Shown: positions 39,605-48,016 of the stretch, piece by piece
Position numbering within the stretch: position 1 is the stretch's first letter
Layout: the number at the start of each line of letters is the position of its first letter
Assembly: GCA_017452165.1 (NCBI GenBank)
Contig: JAFTMY010000090.1
Coordinates: 1-51,542, forward strand
Origin: Clostridia bacterium
Lineage (GTDB): Bacteria; Bacillota; Clostridia; Christensenellales; UBA1242
Direction of reading: 5' to 3'
Length of the DNA: 51,542 bases
Made by a program: the position numbers and the translations under genes
The notes under the pieces: generated by a model
Told to the model about the DNA's origin: nothing
The model's input: the letters and a program-made list of their open reading frames with translations, nothing else
The model's database searches: none

Positions 39605-40594
39605 ATGGCAAGTTCAAGTAATAAAAAGTTATTATTGTTTTATGTTTTAGAGATATTAAAAAAATACACTGATGAAAATCATATGCTTACAAGAGATGAA
39701 ATTGGTAAACTTGTTGAGAGTGAATTTGGAATGTATTGCGAAAGAAAAACATCAGTTGCTAATATTGAAGCGTTAGAAGAACTCGGGTATGAAATTGGGA
39801 AAGAAAAAGGAAAAGGTTATCACTTAATCACCCGTGACTTTACAAAAGGAGAAATTCTATTTTTACTAGATGCTATTTTTTCAAGCAAAGTTATTCCTTA
39901 TAAGCAAGCAGAAGAATTATCCAAAAAACTCTTGTCATTTTTTAGCAAATATGAAAATAAAGATTTTAACTTTATCTATAAATCAAGTCAAATTTCAAGA
40001 ACAAATTTAAACCAAATATTTTACACAATTGAGAGAATAAGCGAAGCAATTAAAGATAAAAAGAAAATTTCATTTACATATCAAAGAAATAGTTTTAATA
40101 AAAATGTAAGCGAAAAAACTCATATCGTTAGCCCTTACGCAATGGTAAATAGTCAAGGTAAATATTACCTTGTTTGCAATAAAGATGGACTAAATGACCT
40201 GACTAATTTTAAAATTGAAAAAATAATAAAAATTGCTATTTTAAATGAAAAATCTTGTCCAGTAGAAAATTTTGAAGGATATGAAAAAGGATTCGATGTT
40301 TCAAAATATACAAACGAAAATATCTATATGTTTGGAGGAAAAACTGTCAGTGCAACACTCAAAATTGAAGATGAATATATCGTTGATTATGTATATGACT
40401 GGTTCGATAAAAACAGCACGCTAATAAGGAAAAAAGATGGTGTTATCTATGCTGACGTTGTAGTTAATGAATCTGCACTTGTTTATTGGGCTCTTCAATA
40501 TGGTGCTGGTGTTGAAGTTTTACAGCCACTTTCAACAAGAGAAAAAATCGCAAAAATCGTCTCTTCAATGAATAATAAATATAATAATAAATAA
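39605..40594 (+). CDS. HTH-WYL-WCX transcriptional regulator
   Basis: N-terminal wHTH (LLFYVLEILKKYTDENHMLTRDEI). Central WYL-type SH3-like block (ISFTYQRNS...HIVSPYAMVNSQGKYYLVC). C-terminal WCX-like ALVYWALQYGAGVEVLQP. ATG at 39605, 5 nt after TAGGAG. Confidence 0.8.
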   Translation: MASSSNKKLLLFYVLEILKKYTDENHMLTRDEIGKLVESEFGMYCERKTSVANIEALEELGYEIGKEKGKGYHLITRDFTKGEILFLLDAIFSSKVIPYKQAEELSKKLLSFFSKYENKDFNFIYKSSQISRTNLNQIFYTIERISEAIKDKKKISFTYQRNSFNKNVSEKTHIVSPYAMVNSQGKYYLVCNKDGLNDLTNFKIEKIIKIAILNEKSCPVENFEGYEKGFDVSKYTNENIYMFGGKTVSATLKIEDEYIVDYVYDWFDKNSTLIRKKDGVIYADVVVNESALVYWALQYGAGVEVLQPLSTREKIAKIVSSMNNKYNNK

Positions 40595-40669
40595 AAAAAC
40601 TGCAAAATGATGTTATTTTTCTTAAAATTTATATAATTTTTCACTAATTTATCAAAAATTTTGTAAAAC

Positions 40670-40708
40670 AAAAAATGAGTAATTAAAATATAATTACTCA
40701 TTTTTTTA
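40670..40708. terminator. bidirectional terminator
   Basis: atgagtaatt-aaaatat-aattactcat hairpin with A/T flanks, between convergent genes. Confidence 0.7.
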
Positions 40709-40734
40709 TTTATTTTATATAAATATTATTTTAA

Positions 40735-42390
40735 CTACATTGTTTTTTCGTTTTCATTTTCGTTAGATGATTCTTTTTCTTCTGATTTATTTTTTATATT
40801 TTTATTAAAAAGTGCTCTAAATGTTTTTACACCTTCAAACCTTTTAGGAAATCTAAGGAAACTTTTTCTAATTAATTTTCCTAAATTATTTTCTTTATCA
40901 TTTAGTTTTTCAGCCTCTTCTTTTTCTTGCTTAAGTTTCTCTTTTTCTATATGCTCTTCAATTTCTTTTTCTAGTTTTGCAAACTCAAGTTTTGTTTTTA
41001 ATTTTATTTGTTCAATTTCATCAAATGCTGATTTATCACCCCTATATGCTCTTAAATTAAGTTCTGACCTTTTATTTATATAATCTCTAACCATTAATGT
41101 TAATTTTTTGAAATTGCTTTCACCAAAATATTTATATGCTTTTTCATTTTTGTCTACACTTAACTTAAATTCTATAAGTTTATCTTGATACTTTTCTAAG
41201 AAATCTTCAAAAACTTCAAACCCAAACTGATATAATATTTTAGCACCCTTAGTTCTATTTTTAAAAGCAACTGTTTTACCCGTCTTTTTAAATTCATCGG
41301 CAACTTTTAAACAAATATATTCATTTACCATTTCATTAAAAAGTTCACTATTTCTATATTTTTTTGATTTAGGGTCAAACTCAGAATTTTTCTTGGCGGC
41401 TGCAGTAAAGCCATGATAATGAATTTCATATCCATTTTTATAAAAATAACCAGATTGACTTGAATCAACCACGAAGGAATCTATTATATGACCCATTTCA
41501 TGAACTAAATCTTCAACTGTAAGTTCAAGTGCATTTTTGCATAGACATAGCGTGTTAAATTTTGAATCTTCTGATAAACAGTTTACAACAAATGCAGAGT
41601 TACCTGTAAGATTTTTTATAAACTCCGAGCATAATTTAAAATACTCATCATCACTTCCATATATTTGTAAATTGCTTAAATGATAATTCATTTCTGCTAC
41701 ACAAAAATTTGCCTTATTAATTTCTTCTTTTTTTGTTCCACTCCAATAATTAAGTTGTCTTATTGTTTGTCTATCAAAAATATCATCTAATAATTTTCTA
41801 TTTCTATAATAGCCATTTATATCTTTTTCCTCATAACCCATTGCATTAAATAATTTAATGTATTGTTCTTTTCTACTATCAGATAATAAATTTTTTGTTT
41901 TTAAGAATTCTGTTTCACCAAAATATAGTAATCCTAAAAGTGTTGGAACATATTTTTTAACTTCTTCATTTTTTAATTTTGGTTTTTTATTAAAACCACG
42001 AACAAGATTTATTCGATCAGAAATATAATTTTCAATTGCTCTCTCATATCTTTCATCAATTTCTGTAAGTTTCTTTTTAGTATCTTCAAAAACACCAATT
42101 ATTAAATCATATTTTTCTTTTATTTCGTTCTTTTTTAGTTTCTTAAGACTAGGTGACATATTTTTTGAGTTATCAATCTTTTTTAGTTCTTCTTGCTTTA
42201 ATTCTTGATATTTCTTAATAATAACATCAAAATCACACCCTAAAAAGAAGTATTTTGCGTTTTTTAATCTTCTTTCAATTACAGTTCTATGTTTTTCACC
42301 ATATATTTTTACAAAGGAATCAACAAAATATTGAATCTTTCCTTCAATAGGATTAAAAATATCGACTCCTTTATAGATACATTTGTCCAT
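40735..42390 (-). CDS. cytoplasmic HExxH (putative zinc metallopeptidase) protein with coiled-coil regions (551 aa)
   Basis: VEDLVHEMGHIIDS, with a possible third ligand in ELFNEMVNEY about 50 aa later. No signal peptide. K/E-rich C-terminus. GGAGGG lies 8 nt upstream. The start overlaps the upstream ORF by 20 nt. TAG stop. Confidence 0.65.
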   Translation of the reverse strand: MDKCIYKGVDIFNPIEGKIQYFVDSFVKIYGEKHRTVIERRLKNAKYFFLGCDFDVIIKKYQELKQEELKKIDNSKNMSPSLKKLKKNEIKEKYDLIIGVFEDTKKKLTEIDERYERAIENYISDRINLVRGFNKKPKLKNEEVKKYVPTLLGLLYFGETEFLKTKNLLSDSRKEQYIKLFNAMGYEEKDINGYYRNRKLLDDIFDRQTIRQLNYWSGTKKEEINKANFCVAEMNYHLSNLQIYGSDDEYFKLCSEFIKNLTGNSAFVVNCLSEDSKFNTLCLCKNALELTVEDLVHEMGHIIDSFVVDSSQSGYFYKNGYEIHYHGFTAAAKKNSEFDPKSKKYRNSELFNEMVNEYICLKVADEFKKTGKTVAFKNRTKGAKILYQFGFEVFEDFLEKYQDKLIEFKLSVDKNEKAYKYFGESNFKKLTLMVRDYINKRSELNLRAYRGDKSAFDEIEQIKLKTKLEFAKLEKEIEEHIEKEKLKQEKEEAEKLNDKENNLGKLIRKSFLRFPKRFEGVKTFRALFNKNIKNKSEEKESSNENENEKTM

Positions 42391-42691
42391 ACTCTAATCC
42401 CTCCAATAAATTAATAAATTCATTATAATTATCTGGATAAATACCTTGAATAAAATACTCAAAAAACTCTCCATCTTTTTCAATTTCCACCCTTACAGTT
42501 TCAAGGTCTACATAATAATTTTTAATAGTATTTTGTTCCCAATAAATAACAATATCAAGGAGTCTTTCTTCAAATTGTTTAAGTAAAATATTAGTTACAG
42601 GTTTTTTATTACATAAAAAAACATTATTATCAGAATTAGTTTCTACAACTATTCTTTTATACATTGACATAAGTTCAATATTTACTTTCAT
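42371..42691 (-). CDS. small protein (106 aa) translationally coupled to the HExxH protein
   Basis: AGGAGG RBS. The 3' end overlaps the next gene. No family recognised. Confidence 0.6.
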   Translation of the reverse strand: MKVNIELMSMYKRIVVETNSDNNVFLCNKKPVTNILLKQFEERLLDIVIYWEQNTIKNYYVDLETVRVEIEKDGEFFEYFIQGIYPDNYNEFINLLEGLEYGQMYL

Positions 42692-42878
42692 TTTATCCTC
42701 CTTTCATTTTACTTATTATTTACATAAATTTATATGATAATTTTACCATATTACTACCTTATTTTCAATACATATTTTAATAAAATTACTTTTACTTTTA
42801 TTAATTTCTATAAAACTATTGAATATTTTTTAATATTTTAATATAATGTATTTATTAATTAATTTAACGAGGTAACCT

Positions 42879-43376
42879 ATGAAATTAAAATATGGTAATA
42901 CATTTGAAATTAACCCAAGTGAAGTTGTTTTTTTATTCTCACCAACAATTGACAAAGGCGCAATTATTGGAGTAAAACCTAATGAAAATCTCCCAGGTCA
43001 ATATGAATTTGACGTTAAAGAATATGATATTCCCACCGTTCAAAAACTCTTTAATGAATTAAAAGAAAAAAATATTGATTTAAGTTTTGTAGAAATTGTT
43101 AATATTGATGACCTTCCAAATAAAGAAGGTGTTATTGAGACTCCTAATGTAACAACTGCAGTCTCTGTTCAAGTTGAGGGAAAAGAACTTTCTATTCGTC
43201 TTTTAAATACAATGATTCGTGAAAGAGATATTGATAATTATAATAATGATAATAAACGAGAAACATTAAAATTATATAATATATATCCTAATAGTAAAAA
43301 AGAAATTGCTAACAAAAAACAAAAAGTTGAAAAAGATTTTCTTCCTGAAAAAGAAGAAGCCGAAATTCAAATGTAA
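42879..43376 (+). CDS. hypothetical protein (165 aa)
   Basis: GAGGT RBS. Divergent from the 106-aa/HExxH pair. No family recognised. Confidence 0.55.
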   Translation: MKLKYGNTFEINPSEVVFLFSPTIDKGAIIGVKPNENLPGQYEFDVKEYDIPTVQKLFNELKEKNIDLSFVEIVNIDDLPNKEGVIETPNVTTAVSVQVEGKELSIRLLNTMIRERDIDNYNNDNKRETLKLYNIYPNSKKEIANKKQKVEKDFLPEKEEAEIQM

Positions 43377-43726
43377 AATTATTAAAAAAACAACTTATTA
43401 TGATTTTATAAAACATAATTAGTTGTTTTTTTATTTTGTTTATTTATATTGTTTTTTTATATTAAAAAAATATATAAAATTTGTTTATTTTGATTTTTTT
43501 ATAAAAAATCCCACTTTTTTGCTATAATTTTAGTATTTTTTTTAATAATTTGCGTTTTTTATTTAACTTTTAATAAGATACAATCATACATTTTCTTTTG
43601 TCAATATTTTTTGATTTATAACATATATTATCTTTTTATAGTAATTATATTATTTCCAAAAATTTACTTTTATAAAATCTAAAACCATTTGCCATAAAAA
43701 ATAAAATATGCTAAAGTAATAATACT

Positions 43727-44656
43727 ATGATTAGATTTGAAAAAATGACTAAAAAGGACTTCATCGTTTTTTGCGTTGCGTCCGTGTTTGGTGGCATTAT
43801 GGTTGCCATTGGTGGCGTTGGACTTTTAATTTCAATGTCTAAATTTGAGGGAGCGATGGGTTCGCTAGTTGGTTCAATCATTTTCTCTCTTGCAATGTTT
43901 GTTGTTACTGCTTTTGGCTTATACCTTACAACGGGTCTCTCTACCCGTATTTTAACTATGGGTATAAAAAATATGTGGTCTCTTCCTGTAAGTTTAGTTT
44001 TTAATGTAATAGGTATTGGCATTGTAGCACTTTTAGTTAGATTCTCACATGTTGATGTTATTAACACTGCAACAAATGTTATGAATAATAAACTTTGCTC
44101 TCAAGGCTGGGTTTTACATTCAATTTGCTCAGGTATACTTTGTGGAATACTCATTGGTTTATCTGTTCTTTTAGGTAAACATTCATCAAAGAAAAATCTT
44201 TCTGCATCTGTTGGTGTTACATTTCCTATAATTGTATTCGTATTTTGTGGTTTTGATAATTCCCTTGCTAATGTATATTATATGTTTATGTGTAATAATA
44301 TGACTTGGTCTATGGTTGGATACTGTTTCTTATCACTTTTTGGAAACTTACTTGGTGGAGTTTTAATTTCTATTATGCCACTAATAAAAAGAAAAGAAGA
44401 ACCTAAAAAATATAAATGCCCTTGCTGTGGATTTTACACATTTGAACATAAAAATCATGAATACGAAATATGTCCTGTTTGTTATTGGGAAGATGACCCA
44501 GTTCAACTAAAAGACCCAACCTTTAAAGGTGGTGCAAACCATGTTTCACTTGAAAAAGCAAGAGAAAATTATAAAAAGTTTGAAGCCTGTGAACACAGTA
44601 TGAAAAAATTTGTTAGAAAACCAAGAAAAAATGAACAGCATGGTTATGATAGATAA
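43727..44656 (+). CDS. formate/nitrite transporter (FNT)-like channel fused to a C-terminal cysteine-rich CPCC domain
   Basis: FNT-like blocks LYLTTG, FNVIGIG, SGILCGILIGLSV, CGFDNSLANVYYM. C-terminus YKCPCCGFYTFEHKNHEYEICPVCYWEDDPVQLKDPTFKGGANHVSLEKARENY matches the CPCC pattern. No clear SD. Confidence 0.75.
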   Translation: MIRFEKMTKKDFIVFCVASVFGGIMVAIGGVGLLISMSKFEGAMGSLVGSIIFSLAMFVVTAFGLYLTTGLSTRILTMGIKNMWSLPVSLVFNVIGIGIVALLVRFSHVDVINTATNVMNNKLCSQGWVLHSICSGILCGILIGLSVLLGKHSSKKNLSASVGVTFPIIVFVFCGFDNSLANVYYMFMCNNMTWSMVGYCFLSLFGNLLGGVLISIMPLIKRKEEPKKYKCPCCGFYTFEHKNHEYEICPVCYWEDDPVQLKDPTFKGGANHVSLEKARENYKKFEACEHSMKKFVRKPRKNEQHGYDR

Positions 44657-44767
44657 TTAACAAATTAATAAAATAAAAAATAGATATATATCATCAATAT
44701 TTTTGAAGGATAATATATCTATTTTTTATTAGATTTTTTTAAAAATTTTATTATTTTTTTTAATCAG

Positions 44768-44796
44768 TTTACAATTTTCAAATTTTGTAATATACT
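44768..44796 (+). promoter_or_regulatory. putative promoter of the second SipW-type gene
   Basis: TTTACA, 17-nt spacer, TATACT. Confidence 0.45.
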
Positions 44797-44843
44797 ATAA
44801 ATACAAATTAAATAATTTGTAATATAAAATAAGGAGGAAAACT

Positions 44844-46145
44844 ATGAAAAAGAAAATACTTTTATCAGCTTTTTTAAGTATTGCTTTATGTCTTAGTATA
44901 ATTACTGGTGCAACTTTTGCATTATTTACAAGTCAAAGCAAAGTAAATGTTGCTGTTACTTCTGGTAAAGTTAGCGTGTTATCTTCTATTACAGATTTAG
45001 AGATTTATTCAATGAATGAAAAGCAAAATGATATCTATTTTGAAAATGGTGGCACTGCTACAATTGATGAAAACACATTAACATTAGACAGAATCACCCC
45101 TGGTGATAAAGTTACATTCAATATTAACATTGATAATGCTAGTAATGTTACTGTTCTTTATCAAACATTAATTCAAGTTTTATCAGACAATGGTTTATTT
45201 GAAGCATTAGATGTAAGATTTAATAATGAAGAATATAATGGTGTAACCTCTATCACAGATTGGGCAACATTAGACCCAAGCGAAGAAGGCACTATTGATA
45301 TTGTTGTTCCTGTATCTCTCGAATTACCTGTTGAAGCAAATAATGATTATCAAGATAAAACTTCTATGATTGCATTTACTGTTAATGCTATTCAAGGTAA
45401 TGCTGATGTTGAAAATATCTCTGCAAGCGATAATGTTTATGAAGTATTTACTGCTTATGATTTAACTCAATATGCTAAAATCGTTGAAGCAAATGGAAAC
45501 GCAACAATTAAATTAATGAATGATATTGATTTAAAAGATGTTAAATGGGACCCAATTGATACAAAAGGCAATGTTGTTTTAGATGGAAACGGATACACAA
45601 TCTCTAATATGACAGTTAACAAAGAAGGTGGCTATGCTGGTTTCTTCGGCTACGCTTATTCTGGTAAATTAACAGTTAAAAATGTAACATTTGAAAACTC
45701 TTATGTTTCATCAACCGGTAGTTTTGTAGGAACTGTTTTAGGTGGTGCATACTATGCAAGCGTTACAATGGAAAATGTAGTTGTTGAAGGTTCTACTGTT
45801 TTAAGCACAGCTAATTATGGTATTCGTGTTGGTGGTTTAATTGGTTCTAAGCACTTATTTGATGGTGGTGAAAGACCAAGTTCAGAAGGTTTATCATTAA
45901 CAAACTGCTCTGTTAACAACTCAACAGTTACAGGTTATCATAATGTTGGTGGCTTTATGGGTTCAATCTTATATGGCTCTGCTAGAACTAACGATAATAT
46001 TGTAGGCTGCTCAGTTACTAATGTTACTGCATACTACAAAGCTACTAATGAAAATGCTGCAAGTGCTATGGCAAATGATGCTTACAACACTTTAACAGAT
46101 GATGACTTTGTTGCTACAAACTTTACAAAAACTCATTTAGTTTAA
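44844..46145 (+). CDS. secreted protein with a SipW/TasA-type signal peptide and a GLUG-like repeat C-terminal domain
   Basis: LSIALCLSIITGATFALFTSQS. TasA-like N-terminal half. C-terminal VGGLIGS / VGGFMGS repeats. AAGGAGG RBS. Confidence 0.8.
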   Translation: MKKKILLSAFLSIALCLSIITGATFALFTSQSKVNVAVTSGKVSVLSSITDLEIYSMNEKQNDIYFENGGTATIDENTLTLDRITPGDKVTFNINIDNASNVTVLYQTLIQVLSDNGLFEALDVRFNNEEYNGVTSITDWATLDPSEEGTIDIVVPVSLELPVEANNDYQDKTSMIAFTVNAIQGNADVENISASDNVYEVFTAYDLTQYAKIVEANGNATIKLMNDIDLKDVKWDPIDTKGNVVLDGNGYTISNMTVNKEGGYAGFFGYAYSGKLTVKNVTFENSYVSSTGSFVGTVLGGAYYASVTMENVVVEGSTVLSTANYGIRVGGLIGSKHLFDGGERPSSEGLSLTNCSVNNSTVTGYHNVGGFMGSILYGSARTNDNIVGCSVTNVTAYYKATNENAASAMANDAYNTLTDDDFVATNFTKTHLV

Positions 46146-46182
46146 TTTTTAAAGATTAACTCTTTATAAAATTAATAATTTA

Positions 46183-46228
46183 AATCCACTAGAAATAGGT
46201 TAAACCCTAGTAACTAGTGGATTTTTTG
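46183..46228 (+). terminator. terminator after 44844..46145
   Basis: aatccactag ... ctagtggatt stem plus a T-run. Confidence 0.55.
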
Positions 46229-46232
46229 CTTT

Positions 46233-46270
46233 AAAAAAACACATTAGGAATTTTATCCTAATGTGTTTTT
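46233..46270 (-). terminator. terminator after 46289..46741
   Basis: cacattagga-atttta-tcctaatgtg hairpin with A/T flanks. Confidence 0.6.
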
Positions 46271-46288
46271 ATTTTTCAAAGTTTTAAA

Positions 46289-46741
46289 TTAACCATTAGT
46301 TGGTTCACTAGCTTCTGGTGCTTTTTTACCTTTGCTGTCTTGTCCGTAAGGTTTTGTTGCTCTTTCATCACCGGTTTTAAGGCTAATATAGTAATCACCA
46401 AGTTTTTTCATTCCATAATCAGGATTTCCCTCTACATATTCAACAATGGTTACATGACCTTCTTTGAAATCTGCATCATTTAAAAAACATTGATTTGTTT
46501 CACAAGCATAGTCAGTATTACCACGCTCATCTCTATAAAGGTCAAAAATTCTATAAAGTCCATCACTTCCAACATAAACAACTAACTTTTCTGGTTTATT
46601 ACCATTTTTGGGAATATGAAGGTCTGCATATCCTGTATCTACATAAGCACCACTAGAAAGTGTATATTCATCACCATCTTGCTCAACTTTAAAATCAATA
46701 CCTGTATAATCTTTTAATTTTTCAAAATCTTTTGTTGCCAT
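46289..46741 (-). CDS. hypothetical protein (150 aa)
   Basis: AAGGAG RBS. Acidic, with no TM segment or signal peptide. No family recognised. Confidence 0.6.
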   Translation of the reverse strand: MATKDFEKLKDYTGIDFKVEQDGDEYTLSSGAYVDTGYADLHIPKNGNKPEKLVVYVGSDGLYRIFDLYRDERGNTDYACETNQCFLNDADFKEGHVTIVEYVEGNPDYGMKKLGDYYISLKTGDERATKPYGQDSKGKKAPEASEPTNG

Positions 46742-46826
46742 AAAACTATCTCCTTATATCAATAATATAAAAATTACAATGTAAAGTCAATATATAATTA
46801 AAATTTAATTTTTATAAAGTTTATTA

Positions 46827-47582
46827 TTAATCTTTTGTTTCAAGCATTGCGCTACATAGTGGACACTTTCCATTAAAATCATCAGTATCGCACTCATACC
46901 CACACATCGGACAAACATATTTTTTATGTGCTGACTCTTGAATATCTGCTTTTATAGTTTCAACTTTTTTTTCTTCTTTTTTACTCTCCACTTCTTGTTT
47001 TTCAAAAGCAGATTTATCATGCTTGCAAAGTGGACAAATAAAGTCATCTGGCATATTATCACCATCATAAACATATCCACAAACTGAGCAAACATAACAA
47101 ACTTTTTTAGGTTTAACACTTGGTTTAACATTTTTTAGATAATAAGAATATGTCATTGTTTCAACATCATTTAAAACAACATCTTCATCAACACCAGCAA
47201 TAAACATTATATGTGAACCAAGATCAATTTCTTGAATAACACTTGCTGACATATAAGAGTTTACACTTTCTATAATGTATGGAATATTATTTTTTGCAAC
47301 ATCAAAACCACTAAAGTTTTCAAATTTATTTTCTACTTTTCCACTAACAAATCCAAATCTTTTTATTAAATCAAAATTTGTATTGTTGTTTAGTATTGAC
47401 ACATTAAATTTCTTTGATGATTGAATTTCAGAGCAAGTAAAATTTTGTTTATTAATTGTAACTGCTATTTTCGTAGGATTAGAAGTTACCTGAATAACTG
47501 TATTTGAAATACAGCCATTATATTTTGAATTATTTGTTGTAATAACATAAAGTCCATAAGGAATATTAAATATTGCTGGCAT
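46827..47582 (-). CDS. flavin-reductase-domain protein fused to two rubredoxin-type zinc/iron ribbons (high-molecular-weight rubredoxin type)
   Basis: N-terminal flavin reductase-like block (YGLYVITTNNSKYNGCISNTVIQVTSNP). CSVCGYVYDGDNMPDDFICPLCKHDKSAFE. A second ribbon, CPMCGYECD...CPLCSA. GGAGG RBS. Confidence 0.85.
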   Translation of the reverse strand: MPAIFNIPYGLYVITTNNSKYNGCISNTVIQVTSNPTKIAVTINKQNFTCSEIQSSKKFNVSILNNNTNFDLIKRFGFVSGKVENKFENFSGFDVAKNNIPYIIESVNSYMSASVIQEIDLGSHIMFIAGVDEDVVLNDVETMTYSYYLKNVKPSVKPKKVCYVCSVCGYVYDGDNMPDDFICPLCKHDKSAFEKQEVESKKEEKKVETIKADIQESAHKKYVCPMCGYECDTDDFNGKCPLCSAMLETKD

Positions 47583-47590
47583 AATTTACC

Positions 47591-47900
47591 TCCGATATAA
47601 TAATCTATTTAATGATAAATTTTCGATAAATCAAAAATTTATTAAATTCTAACGAATTAGATACTGCCGTATCTCATTACAGATTGAAATAACCATCAGT
47701 TATTAGAAAATAGTTCTTCGAACTATTTTCCTCTAACTTCCGATATAATAATCTATTTAATGATAAATTTTCGATAAATCAAAAATTTATTAAATTCTAA
47801 CGAATTAGATACTGCCGTATCTCATTACAGATTGAAATAACCATCAGTTATTGGAAAATAGTTCTTCGAACTGTTTTCCAATAACTTCCGATATTATAAT
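47591..47900 (-). repeat. 148-bp tandem repeat, 2 full copies plus a 14-bp partial third copy, in the leader of the flavin-reductase/rubredoxin gene
   Basis: Copy 1 is 47591-47738 and copy 2 is 47739-47886, with 4 differences. The partial copy is 47887-47900. Each copy holds four consecutive hairpins and a GATAAAT-N4-GATAAAT direct repeat. Copy 1 ends in the gene's SD. Confidence 0.9.
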
Positions 47901-47927
47901 TTTATCAAAACTAAAAACATAAGTCAA
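47899..47927 (-). promoter_or_regulatory. putative strong sigma-A promoter driving the repeat-containing leader
   Basis: On the minus strand: TTGACT (47927-22), exactly 17 nt of spacer, TAAAAT (47904-47899). The predicted transcription start is near 47892, at the partial third repeat copy. Confidence 0.5.
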
Positions 47928-48016
47928 TTTTATATATAATTCACAACTTAAAATATAGAAAATTCTAATTTTAGCAAAATTTTTTAAAATTTCGGCATTT
48001 TTTACTACTTTTTACA

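Noticed and set aside
43711-44067. Antisense 118-aa ORF over the FNT-like gene start
   Set aside because: The sense strand carries the recognisable FNT and CPCC motifs. The antisense ORF has no RBS and no motif.
47706-47730. Long hairpin as an intrinsic terminator for the upstream ABC gene
   Set aside because: No U-tract follows the stem on either strand, and the predicted promoter lies upstream of it. It would sit inside the leader transcript.
47591-47900. CRISPR array or MITE interpretation of the 148-bp repeats
   Set aside because: The copies are directly adjacent with no unique spacers, and the unit is far longer than a CRISPR repeat. I found no terminal inverted repeats and no other copies in the window, so I report it as a tandem leader duplication instead.
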